The notes beneath the pieces are model-generated. The model had not been told where the DNA came from. It saw only the letters and a program-made list of their open reading frames with translations, and ran no database searches. From NCBI GenBank assembly GCA_965204535.1, contig CBDBEV010000001.1, positions 224,001-288,000 of the forward strand: a stretch of 64,000 nucleotides of DNA. The letters run 5' to 3'. This DNA comes from a bacterium (GTDB taxonomy: Bacteria; UBA8248). A program made the translations under genes and the position numbers. Within the stretch, counting starts at the first letter, position 1; each line of letters starts with the position of its first letter. Of this stretch, positions 8,363 through 17,330 are shown in pieces.

Positions 8363-9706
8363 CTAAAATTCGGGAAACTCCGCCCGCCAGCCCATCTCCT
8401 CCTCGAACCACCTCGCCATCGCCAAAAGCTTCTCCTCCCCGCAGCGCACCGCACCGAACTGGATGCCCAGGGGAAGGTTCATGTCCCCGCGCCCCAGGGG
8501 CAGCGTGATCGCGGGTTGCCCTGAAAAGGTGAGCGGCTGCAAGAAGGCCGGCCCGCCGGTGGATTCCTCCCACGGCGGCGGTGCCGAATCGAAACTCGGC
8601 AGCATGAACAGATCGTAGCGCTCCATCAGATCGTCCATTTTCCGGGTGAAATTCGCACGAACGCGCATCGCCTTCACGTAATGGACGGCAGGCGTCATAT
8701 AGCCGATCGTCATGCTCCTGCGCACGAAAGGCGGGAGATCATCCCTGTGCGCCTCGTACAAATCCTGGTGACAGGAAGCCAAATCCACGCACCGGCCGAT
8801 GAAATGCGCCGCGTTTATCTCATCCATGCTCAGGGGCAGTTCCACCTCCTCGACTTCGATACCCTTTGATTTTGCTTGAGCTACGGTCCGTTCGGTCCAC
8901 TCCAGAACTTCCTCGCTCGCCAGATCGAGTAGATGCTTGAGATATGCGATTTTCTCCGGTTTCCGGGGCGTCTGGTTCGCGGCGGGCGGCGGGACGTTCA
9001 CCGTGCTGTGATCCGCGCCATCGGGGCCTGACACTACCTCCATGATTATCGCGATGTCCTCGACCGTGCGCGCGATGATTCCCAAATGATCGAAATTCCA
9101 CGAAACGCTCATCACGCCCGTCCTGGGAATGCGTCCATAGGTGGGTTTCAGGCCCGGTACGCCGCAATACGCGGCGGGGCGAAGCGTGGAGCCCGTCGTC
9201 TGGCTGCCGAACGCGACGGGCACCATCCCCGCGCCCACGGCGGCGGCGGAGCCGCTGCTCGACCCGCCCGGGCTTCGTTCGGTGTTCCAGGGGTTGCGGG
9301 TGATGGAGGGGTCTCCCTGCGCGAAAGGCGTCGTCACCGCCTTGCCCATGGCGATTGCGCCGGCGCTTCGCAGGCGCGCCACGCAAACGGCATCCTCGGG
9401 AGCCGTCTGTCCCTTGAAAATATCCGTTCCCGCTTCGAGCTTGAGACCTCGTATGGCAAAAATATCCTTGGCCGCATACGGCGCGCCCGCTAGAGGCCCT
9501 GGTTCCTCACCGGCGCTTCGGGCGTCATCGACAACCTTCGCCGCCTCGAGCGCGCCTTCGGCGTCCACCTGCACCCAGGCTTTCACCTGCGCTTCACACG
9601 CGTCGATGCGAGACAACAAAGAGCGCACCCACTCCGCCGCGGTGAGAGAGCCTTCTTCCAACTTGCTTAAGCCCTCGCTCAACGAGAGCCGCCAGTATTC
9701 ACTCAT
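8363..9706 (-). CDS. Amidase-signature family enzyme
   Basis: KD, PGGSSSGS, GSQTTGSTLRPAAYCG (Lys-cisSer-Ser triad). Confidence 0.9.
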   Translation of the reverse strand: MSEYWRLSLSEGLSKLEEGSLTAAEWVRSLLSRIDACEAQVKAWVQVDAEGALEAAKVVDDARSAGEEPGPLAGAPYAAKDIFAIRGLKLEAGTDIFKGQTAPEDAVCVARLRSAGAIAMGKAVTTPFAQGDPSITRNPWNTERSPGGSSSGSAAAVGAGMVPVAFGSQTTGSTLRPAAYCGVPGLKPTYGRIPRTGVMSVSWNFDHLGIIARTVEDIAIIMEVVSGPDGADHSTVNVPPPAANQTPRKPEKIAYLKHLLDLASEEVLEWTERTVAQAKSKGIEVEEVELPLSMDEINAAHFIGRCVDLASCHQDLYEAHRDDLPPFVRRSMTIGYMTPAVHYVKAMRVRANFTRKMDDLMERYDLFMLPSFDSAPPPWEESTGGPAFLQPLTFSGQPAITLPLGRGDMNLPLGIQFGAVRCGEEKLLAMARWFEEEMGWRAEFPEF

Positions 9707-9918
9707 TCTGCGCCCTCATCGGCCTTGAGATTTTCGAGCGGGGGGAGAAACGGCTCATCGGTGGATTCCACCGGCGTATCGGAGAGTATCTGGAGCATCT
9801 GCGCGCAATCATCCGCCGTCTTGTGGGCAATTTCATCCTGTGGCACGCCGAAGACGGTTTCGGCCATCTCCGCGATTCGCGCCGCTATTTTCTCATGATT
9901 CTCTTGCGGTTGTGGCAT
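9703..9918 (-). CDS. Small acidic protein, possible GatC/AtzG-like amidase accessory subunit
   Basis: 71 aa, helical, DEP motif near C-terminus; stop overlaps amidase start (ATGA); RBS GGAG. Confidence 0.6.
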   Translation of the reverse strand: MPQPQENHEKIAARIAEMAETVFGVPQDEIAHKTADDCAQMLQILSDTPVESTDEPFLPPLENLKADEGAE

Positions 9919-10037
9919 ATTCACTCTCCCGGCTGCACGGATATCACCCGATCCGGAATATCGTGTTAGGCATCCCGAATAAAAAGCATCATACTAAAAG
10001 AAGTCGCCGTGATTAAGGGCGATGAGAGGGATAGCGC

Positions 10038-10490
10038 ATGAAAATCTGGGTGGATGCCGACGCATGTCCGCAAGATATCAAGGAGATTCTCTACAAAACC
10101 GCCGATCGACTTGATATTCCAACAGTTCTGGTCGCCAACATGAAGCTGAGGACGCCGGATATCCCTTCCGTCTCCACGATTCAGGTCCCCGGCGGAGCGG
10201 ACGTAGCCGATGAATACATCATCGAGAACCTGAGCCCGGGCGATTTCGTCATCACCGCGGATGTCCCCTTCGCGGCGAAAGCGGTCGAAAAAGGCGCTTT
10301 GGGCATCGACCCGCGCGGTGAGGTCTATACCGAGGAAAACGTGGGCGAGCGGCTGTCTTTGAGAAACTTCATGATGGATATGCGCTCGGGCGGACTCGTC
10401 CAGGGCGGCCCGCCGCCCATGGCCGTAGCCGACCGCCACAAGTTCGCTGCGGCGCTCGACAGGGAGTTGACGAAAAAACGAAACGCCTAG
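10038..10490 (+). CDS. yaiI: YaiI/YqxD (DUF188) family protein
   Basis: MKIWVDADACP, ITADVPFA, DPRGE. Confidence 0.9.
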   Translation: MKIWVDADACPQDIKEILYKTADRLDIPTVLVANMKLRTPDIPSVSTIQVPGGADVADEYIIENLSPGDFVITADVPFAAKAVEKGALGIDPRGEVYTEENVGERLSLRNFMMDMRSGGLVQGGPPPMAVADRHKFAAALDRELTKKRNA

Positions 10491-11473
10491 GCGTTCACGT
10501 CCACGACAACGCGGCCCTTCACCTGCCCTTTCAGGATATCGCCGCTCAGTCCGGCCAGATCGGAAAGCGACGCCTGGGTGCTCACGGATTCGAGCTTGTC
10601 CATCGGCATCTGCTCCGCAAGCCGCGTCCACGCCTTTTGACGAGGCTCGAAGGGGCACATGACGGAATCGATACCCAAGAGATTCACGCCCCGCAGGAGG
10701 AACGGGATCACCGTCGTTTCGAGGGCGCTACCACCCGCCAGACCCACCGCCGCCACGGAACTTCGGTGTTTCATCTGCGTCAGCAGGCGTCCAAGCGTCG
10801 TACCGCCCACCGAATCGATGCAACCCGCCCAGCGTTCGCTCTCGAGCGGGCGTTTCGTGGGTTCGGCGAGTTCGCTCCGCGCGATGATGGCGGAAGCGCC
10901 GAGTGATTCGAGATAAGCGTGGGTTTCCTCTCTCCCCGTCGACGCGGTGACGGAATAGCCCAGATTCGCGAGAACGGCCACCGCGACGGAACCCACCCCG
11001 CCTGCGGCGCCCGTGACGAGCACTTCCCCGTCTTCGACGCCCAGGCCGTGGTCTTCGAGCGCCTGAACGGAGAGCATGGCCGTGAAGCCGGCCGTGCCGA
11101 GCGCCATCGCCTGCCTCGTGGACATATCTTCCGGCAGGTGAACCAGCCAATCCCCCTTGACGCGCGCTTTCTGGGCGTACCCCCCCCAGTGCGCCTCGCC
11201 GACCCGCCAGCCGGTGAGAATCACCTTGTCGCCGGCTTTGTAATCCGCGTGCGCGCTCTCCTCCACCGTGCCCGCAAAATCAATGCCCGGTACGTGAGGA
11301 TAATTGCGCACCAGACGTCCGATGCCCTTCAGGATCATCCCGTCCTTGTAGTTGAGCGTCGAATAATCGACAGCGACCGTCACGTCGCCATCCGGCAGGC
11401 TCGCCTCATCGAGTTCCTGAACGGATGAACTGACTTTTCCTTCATCTTCTTCTAAAACCAATGCACGAAACAT
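10487..11473 (-). CDS. acuI: Acryloyl-CoA reductase, AcuI/YhdH family
   Basis: YSTLNYKD, PGIDFAG, GTAGFTAML, VTGAAGGVGS, PFLLRGVNLLGIDSV. Confidence 0.9.
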   Translation of the reverse strand: MFRALVLEEDEGKVSSSVQELDEASLPDGDVTVAVDYSTLNYKDGMILKGIGRLVRNYPHVPGIDFAGTVEESAHADYKAGDKVILTGWRVGEAHWGGYAQKARVKGDWLVHLPEDMSTRQAMALGTAGFTAMLSVQALEDHGLGVEDGEVLVTGAAGGVGSVAVAVLANLGYSVTASTGREETHAYLESLGASAIIARSELAEPTKRPLESERWAGCIDSVGGTTLGRLLTQMKHRSSVAAVGLAGGSALETTVIPFLLRGVNLLGIDSVMCPFEPRQKAWTRLAEQMPMDKLESVSTQASLSDLAGLSGDILKGQVKGRVVVDVNA

Positions 11474-11492
11474 AACGCATCTCTCCATATGG

Positions 11493-11978
11493 TTAGCTTT
11501 GCTCGATTGCCTCTTTGAGGAGGCCAAGCGTCGCCTCGGCGAACGCCCACATGTTCGCCTCCCTGTCCGCGCTGCCCGTCTCCAGCGTCATCACCTTGTC
11601 CACCGGGCCGGAAACCGCCATGCACGAATGCCCGGGCGCATCTCCGTATCTGTTGCCCGAAGGGCCCGCGGCCCCCGTTTCGGAAACGCCCCATGTCGAC
11701 CCCAGCCTGTCCTTGATCGCCGCGGCCAGCTTCGCCGCGTAGGGTTCCGTGCTCGGCCGCATTCCCTCGAAGGCGTCCTCGGGAAGCCCCAGAAGAATGC
11801 TCCTCGAATCGTAGGTGTAGAGCACCCCGCCGCCCATGTAGTAGGCGGAAGCCCCCGGAACGGCGAGCAGAGCGGCCGACACCAGGCCGCCGGCGGACGT
11901 TTCCGAAACGGCGACCGTTTGTCCCTTATCCTTCAGCAATTGCCCGATTTCACCGGCCATTCGCGTGAGCACATCCAT
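11493..11978 (-). CDS. CinA C-terminal/PncC-family protein (non-canonical catalytic residues)
   Basis: VAVSETSAGG, PGASAYY, ETGAAGP. Confidence 0.82.
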   Translation of the reverse strand: MDVLTRMAGEIGQLLKDKGQTVAVSETSAGGLVSAALLAVPGASAYYMGGGVLYTYDSRSILLGLPEDAFEGMRPSTEPYAAKLAAAIKDRLGSTWGVSETGAAGPSGNRYGDAPGHSCMAVSGPVDKVMTLETGSADREANMWAFAEATLGLLKEAIEQS

Positions 11979-12160
11979 GAGCGTCTCCAGATGAGAAAAA
12001 TTGAACCCAGAAGGTGGAACAATGGCACATTCCGGCCCTAAAATCACCCCGCAACCTGTTTTGGACGCTTGAAACGCCAGGGCGGAGGGACTTGGCTCCC
12101 ACTCGTGATATACTCCGCCAAATCATGGGTTCGACTCAGAATCGTGGAGGAAATCATCTG

Positions 12161-14488
12161 ATGCCCGACGGGCGAGGTGAAATCGAAAAACGTCACCACA
12201 GTTCCCACTGGGGGGCATTCCGGGCGCACGTGCGTGATGGCCGCATGGTGGGTTTCGAGCCGTTCGCGAAGGACCCGGCGCCCTCTCCCATCCTGGAGTC
12301 CATCCAGGACGCCATTTATGATGAAACCCGCATCTCCCGGCCGATGATCCGCACGGGCTGGCTCGAGCACGGCCCCGGGAAAAACACCGAAGGACGCGGC
12401 GGCGAACCTTTCGTGCCCGTCTCCTGGGAGACGGCCCTAGGATTGGTCGCTGACGAGATAGAGCGCATCAAGACCGAACACGGCAACGAATCCATCTTCG
12501 CGGGTTCATACGGGTGGGCGAGCGCGGGCCGCTTCCACCATGCGAACACTCTGGTGAAAAGGTTTTTCAACTGTTACGGCGGCTTCACGGATCATGTGAC
12601 CACCTACAGCATCGCCGCCGGGTACGTCATCCTCCCCCACGTCATGGGGGATTTTATCTCCTGCGCCGGACACATCACGACCTGGGACAGCATCGCGCAA
12701 GACTCGGGGCTGTTCGTCATGTTCGGCGGCGTTCCCGTCAAGAACGCGCAGGTGGCGGCGGGAGGCGCGGGAGAACACTCCCTGGAGCTATGGCTGGAAA
12801 GGGCGAAGGCGAACGGGGTGGAATTCGTGAACGTAAGCCCCCTGAAAGACGATGCGCCCGATTTTCTGGACGCGCAGTGGATCGCCGTGCGGCCCAATAC
12901 GGACGTGGCGCTCATGCTCGGTCTCGCGCATACGCTTTGGGAGGAGAATCTGCACGACAAGGAATTTCTCGCGCGCTATTGCGTCGGTTTCAAGAAGTTC
13001 GAAGCCTATCTGACGGGCGAAACCGACGGGAGACCCAAGAGCGCGGACTGGGCGGCTCCCATCACGGGAATCGGGGCGGACGTCATTCGAAACCTCGCGC
13101 GACGCATGGCGGGCACACGAACCATGCTCAACACGAACTGGTCGCTCCAGCGCGGGGATCACGGCGAGCAGACGTTCTGGATGACCATCACGCTCGCCGC
13201 CATGCTCGGCCAAATCGGCCTTCCCGGCGGGGGGTTCGGCTTCGGCTACGGGAGCATGGGCGGACGCGGCGAACCGCGTGAGAACATCCCTTCGGTCAGA
13301 ATGAATTTGGGGAAAAACCCGACCGGCAGCTTCATCCCCGTCGCCCGCATCGCGGACATGTTGCTTCAGCCGAACGAGCAATACGACTTCAACGGTGAGC
13401 GCCGCACCTACCCGGACATCCGCATGGTGTACTGGTGCGGCGGCAATCCATTCCACCACCACCAGGATTTGAACCGGCTGGTGAAGGCGTGGCGGCGGCC
13501 CGAAACCATAGTCGTCCACGACCCCTGGTGGACGTCCACCGCGCGCCATGCGGACATCGTGCTGCCCGCCACCACCACGCTCGAGCGCAACGACATCGGC
13601 TCGAGTTCGAGGGATCGCTTCATCCTCGCCATGCACAAGGTGATCGAGCCGGTGGGCGACGCACGACACGATTTCGATATCTTCTCGGAACTGGCCGGGC
13701 GCCTCGGCTTTAAGAGCGCCTTCACCGAAGACCGCGGCGAGACGGAATGGCTCGGACATATCTACGAGGAGGCGCGCCGGAAAGCCGCCGCCCAGGGCGT
13801 GGTTCTCGACACGTTCGAGCATTTCTGGGAGACCGGGCACACCGAAGTCGCCCCGCCGGAGACGCCGCACGTCTATCTGGCCGAATTCCGGGAAGACCCT
13901 GAGAAAAACGCGCTCAAGACGCCTTCCGGGAAAATCGAGATATATTCCGAGCGCATCGCGAGCTTCGGCTACGCAGACTGCCCGCCCCACCCCGCCTGGC
14001 TCGAACCCGTAGAATGGCTGGGAAGCGCACTGGCGAACAAATTCCCGCTGCACCTCATCTCGAACCAGCCGCGCACGAGACTCCACGGCCAGATGGACAG
14101 CGGATCCACCAGCATCAAGAGCAAGATTCAGGGCAGGGAACCGGTGTGGATTCACCCCGAAGACGCCGCCGCGCGGGAGATTCGAGACGGAGATGTGGTG
14201 CGAATCTTCAACGAGCGCGGCGCGATTTTAGCGGGCGCCGTCATCACCGAGGGGCTGCTGCCCGGCGTCATCCAGCTCTCCACGGGCGCGTGGTACGACC
14301 CGCTGGAGCCGGGGAGAATCGGGGCGCTCGACAAGCACGGCAACCCCAACGTACTGACGCCCGACAAGGGAACCTCCAGCCTCGGCCAGGGCCCGAGCGC
14401 GCACAGCGCGCTGGTGGAGATGGAGCGCTACGAGGAAGAGCTTCCCGAGATCACGGCGTTTCAACCCCCATCCTTCATAGAGGCGTAA
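12161..14488 (+). CDS. Mo-bisPGD oxidoreductase, BisC/TorA/DorA (type III) family, no Tat leader
   Basis: SSHWG, SYGWASAG, Ser ligand TYSIAA, GGNPFHHHQD, RLHGQ, HGNPNVLT; RBS GGAGG at 12146. Confidence 0.92.
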   Translation: MPDGRGEIEKRHHSSHWGAFRAHVRDGRMVGFEPFAKDPAPSPILESIQDAIYDETRISRPMIRTGWLEHGPGKNTEGRGGEPFVPVSWETALGLVADEIERIKTEHGNESIFAGSYGWASAGRFHHANTLVKRFFNCYGGFTDHVTTYSIAAGYVILPHVMGDFISCAGHITTWDSIAQDSGLFVMFGGVPVKNAQVAAGGAGEHSLELWLERAKANGVEFVNVSPLKDDAPDFLDAQWIAVRPNTDVALMLGLAHTLWEENLHDKEFLARYCVGFKKFEAYLTGETDGRPKSADWAAPITGIGADVIRNLARRMAGTRTMLNTNWSLQRGDHGEQTFWMTITLAAMLGQIGLPGGGFGFGYGSMGGRGEPRENIPSVRMNLGKNPTGSFIPVARIADMLLQPNEQYDFNGERRTYPDIRMVYWCGGNPFHHHQDLNRLVKAWRRPETIVVHDPWWTSTARHADIVLPATTTLERNDIGSSSRDRFILAMHKVIEPVGDARHDFDIFSELAGRLGFKSAFTEDRGETEWLGHIYEEARRKAAAQGVVLDTFEHFWETGHTEVAPPETPHVYLAEFREDPEKNALKTPSGKIEIYSERIASFGYADCPPHPAWLEPVEWLGSALANKFPLHLISNQPRTRLHGQMDSGSTSIKSKIQGREPVWIHPEDAAAREIRDGDVVRIFNERGAILAGAVITEGLLPGVIQLSTGAWYDPLEPGRIGALDKHGNPNVLTPDKGTSSLGQGPSAHSALVEMERYEEELPEITAFQPPSFIEA

Positions 14489-15880
14489 ATGTCCAGAAAA
14501 TTCTTTGCAGACCATGCCAAGTGGCCCCGTTGCGTTTCGGGCGGGCCATTCCTGTTCTTCAGCGGACAGATGGGGATGCACCCGAAAACGGGGAACATCT
14601 GCACCAGGTACGCCGAAATCGGGGATAAAGGACCCGCCCGGACCAGGAATTACCCCTGGGTCGACAAGATCGAAGCGCCCATCGGCGCGCAGGCCGTCGC
14701 CACCTATGAGGGCGTAGGAGAAGCGCTGGAGGCCAACGGCGGGGGACTGGAAAACCTGCTCCGCTTCCATCTCTATCAGCTCGACAAGCGCTTTTTCCCG
14801 GTCTTCGACAGCATCAGGCGTCATTACGAACCGAAAGCGCCCACGCCGAGCACCGCCGTGGGCATGGGCGCGTTCGACCCGGAACTTACCGTGCGATTCA
14901 ACATCGACGCCATCGCCCTGAACCCCAAGGCGGCGAAAACTCTGGGACAAAGGAAGAAGCATGAAGGCTCGAAGGCGCATTCGGCCGCCGCTCATTTCTC
15001 CCACGTCGTGGGTGCTGGGCCGTATCTTTTCGTCGCCGGCCAGATTCCGACGGATACTTCGAAGCCCGGCTCTCCCCTCATCCGCAACTATCCCGACATT
15101 CCCAAGCGGGGGAGATTCCTCTCCGTCGGCCAGAGCCATGAGGACAGCAGGAACGGCCCCATCGCCGCGCAGACGTGGTTCGTCTACGACCTCATCCGCA
15201 AGCATCTGGAAGGCTCCGGGTCTTCGCTCGAAAACATCCTGAACCTGACCGTATATCTCGGGGACATGCGCGATTTTCCCACCTTCCACCGCATCCACGA
15301 GCGGTTTTTCCCAAAGGACCCGCCGGCTCTCACGGTGATGCAGGTGGCGGAAGTCGGCCACAAGGGGGAGAAGATCGAAATCGAACCCACGGCGCTGATG
15401 GATAAAAGCAAGATAAAGCGCGAGGTGATTCGCGGCGAAGATGGAGCAGGCGCTCAGATGAGTCTGGGCGTCGCTGCGGGCGGCGTGTTGTTCCTCTCGA
15501 ATCTCGTCGGCCTGAACGGAGACAGTGAGCCGATCAGCAAAAGAAGTGAATTGAGGGGGTCGCTTCGCCGGAGACTGCCGAAAGCGTCTTCGCCGGCTGA
15601 GAGAAATGTAGTCTTACAGGGGCTCGCGATTCTCGATCAGATGGAAGACGCGATGAAAGCCGCAGGCGCAGACATGGGCCGGGTGACGCACCTGACGTTG
15701 TTTCTCCAGAACATCGCTCACCTCTCGGCGCTCGAGCCCTTGTTCAGAAAGTATTTCCCGAAACGAAGGCCGGCCTGCACCGCCATTCAGATACCGGAAG
15801 TCTCGCCCGTCGCGGGTACGGAAGTCTCGATGACGGCCATCGGGTGGATAGGCGACGGCGATCCGGAGGTCGTCGCGTAA
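14489..15880 (+). CDS. Protein of three tandem Rid (YjgF/YER057c/UK114) domains
   Basis: Three repeats of (F/L)xxG(Q)...N/R-x-x-x-x-x-Y/F-L...F...P-x-x-T...I-E/D-x-x-A. Confidence 0.82.
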   Translation: MSRKFFADHAKWPRCVSGGPFLFFSGQMGMHPKTGNICTRYAEIGDKGPARTRNYPWVDKIEAPIGAQAVATYEGVGEALEANGGGLENLLRFHLYQLDKRFFPVFDSIRRHYEPKAPTPSTAVGMGAFDPELTVRFNIDAIALNPKAAKTLGQRKKHEGSKAHSAAAHFSHVVGAGPYLFVAGQIPTDTSKPGSPLIRNYPDIPKRGRFLSVGQSHEDSRNGPIAAQTWFVYDLIRKHLEGSGSSLENILNLTVYLGDMRDFPTFHRIHERFFPKDPPALTVMQVAEVGHKGEKIEIEPTALMDKSKIKREVIRGEDGAGAQMSLGVAAGGVLFLSNLVGLNGDSEPISKRSELRGSLRRRLPKASSPAERNVVLQGLAILDQMEDAMKAAGADMGRVTHLTLFLQNIAHLSALEPLFRKYFPKRRPACTAIQIPEVSPVAGTEVSMTAIGWIGDGDPEVVA

Positions 15881-15881
15881 A

Positions 15882-16314
15882 GGGGTTGTTGAAGAAGCAC
15901 TTGGTCAACTTTCGGGATCGTTCGCCGTAGGGACAGGCCCCCGTGCCTGTCCTGTATCGGGGTGAATATGACCAACGGGCGGCCACGGGGGGCCGCCCCT
16001 ACGGTCGTCATATATGGGGTTGTTGAAAAAACCCTGCAATGCCGGAATGATGGCCAAAACCCGAAACCGGGCGGCGGCGCAGGCTCTCGCCTTGAAAAGC
16101 AACCCCCCCTACCCCCCCTTGTCAGGGGGGCAAGAAAAAACAAAAGCCCCTCTACCGGTGGCGGGCGTCGCCTTTTCATACCCCCCTGACAAGGGGGGGT
16201 AGGGGGGGTTGCCTTTATCCCCTTAGGAGAGGGACTTTTTCAACAACCCCCCCAAGGGGGGAGTGAATCTTGCTCATTTATCGGACGAGTCATCCGGGGG
16301 TTTTCAACAGCCCC
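15882..16314. mobile_element. Nested MITE-like element (outer shell with REP pair, inner element 16016-16250)
   Basis: Outer GGGGTTGTTGAA (15882) / TTTTCAACAGCCCC (16301-16314); inner perfect 15 bp TIR at 16016-16030 and 16236-16250; perfect 32 bp inverted repeat at 16099-16130 and 16181-16212. Confidence 0.78.
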
Positions 16315-16320
16315 CCAAGA

Positions 16321-17220
16321 CTATTCCGTATCGCAAACCCTGTGGCCGGCGAGGTCTTCGATGAGCGTCGCGAAGCCGCTGTGATCCAACTCCCCCCGGT
16401 CCGCCGCCAGAAGCGCCGTGAACATCTGATAGAGCTGCCCCGCTGCCGGTATGGCAACCCCCAGGTCCGCTCCCGCCTCCATGGCGAGGCGCAGGTCCTT
16501 TCGGTGCAGACGAATCCGGAAACCGGGCGGATATTCGCCCTTCACCAGGTTCGGCCCGCGAAGCTCCAGCACGCGGGATTGCGCAAGCCCGCCGGTTAGG
16601 GCGGCGATCATTTTTTCGGGATTCACGCCCGCTTTTGCGCCCAGCACCAGCGCCTCGCTCATCGCGGCGATGTGCAGGCCCACCATAATCTGATTCGCGA
16701 TCTTCACGTACCCGCCGTCGCCCACGTTCTCGCCCACGTGGACGATGGTCTTCCCCATGGCCTCGAAGACGGGCAAAGCATCCTCGAAATCCGCCGCAGC
16801 CCCACCCACCATGATGGAGAGCGTGCCCTCCCTGGCGCCTACGTCTCCTCCGCTGACGGGAGCGTCGAGCATGCGCACGCCCCGCTCTCCCAAGGCGTGA
16901 GCCACCTTCCTGGAGACGCCGGGAGCGATGGTGCTCATGTCGATGAAAAGGGAACCCTCCTTCGCGCCTTCGATGATGCCCCCTTCGCCCAGGGCGACCA
17001 GTTCGACGTCCGGGGAATCGGGCAGGCAGGTAATGATGACGTCGGCCTTGGAAGCTGCCTCTGATGCGGACGTGCACACCACCGCTCCCGCCTCAGTAAG
17101 TTCTTCCAGAGGTGGCTTGCTGCGGTTGTGCGCGGCCACGGAATGGCCTGCTTTTAGCAAGTTCAATACCATGGGCTTGCCCATGATACCGGTTCCGATA
17201 AAAGCGACGGATCGGCTCAT
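16321..17220 (-). CDS. 2-hydroxy-3-oxopropionate reductase-like beta-hydroxyacid dehydrogenase
   Basis: FIGTGIMGKPM, DAPVSGG, KIANQ, GFRIRLHRKDL. Confidence 0.88.
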   Translation of the reverse strand: MSRSVAFIGTGIMGKPMVLNLLKAGHSVAAHNRSKPPLEELTEAGAVVCTSASEAASKADVIITCLPDSPDVELVALGEGGIIEGAKEGSLFIDMSTIAPGVSRKVAHALGERGVRMLDAPVSGGDVGAREGTLSIMVGGAAADFEDALPVFEAMGKTIVHVGENVGDGGYVKIANQIMVGLHIAAMSEALVLGAKAGVNPEKMIAALTGGLAQSRVLELRGPNLVKGEYPPGFRIRLHRKDLRLAMEAGADLGVAIPAAGQLYQMFTALLAADRGELDHSGFATLIEDLAGHRVCDTE

Positions 17221-17330
17221 CGTCTAAGCCTCCCTATTGGTAATTGATGTACGAAACAAGACGCGGGACGATTTTCCCGGAGCAATTATTTAAGCCATAC
17301 GGGCCTAAACGCTATTCACATCTCGGAAGA

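Noticed and set aside
8363-9918. gatCA of the Glu-tRNA amidotransferase
   Set aside because: No gatB; lacks GatA-specific motifs (DEFAMGS, SDTGGSIRQP)
15744-16202. Short ORFs within repeat regions (also 36742-37231 and 6933-7175)
   Set aside because: They are translations of palindromic non-coding repeats with no transposase motifs
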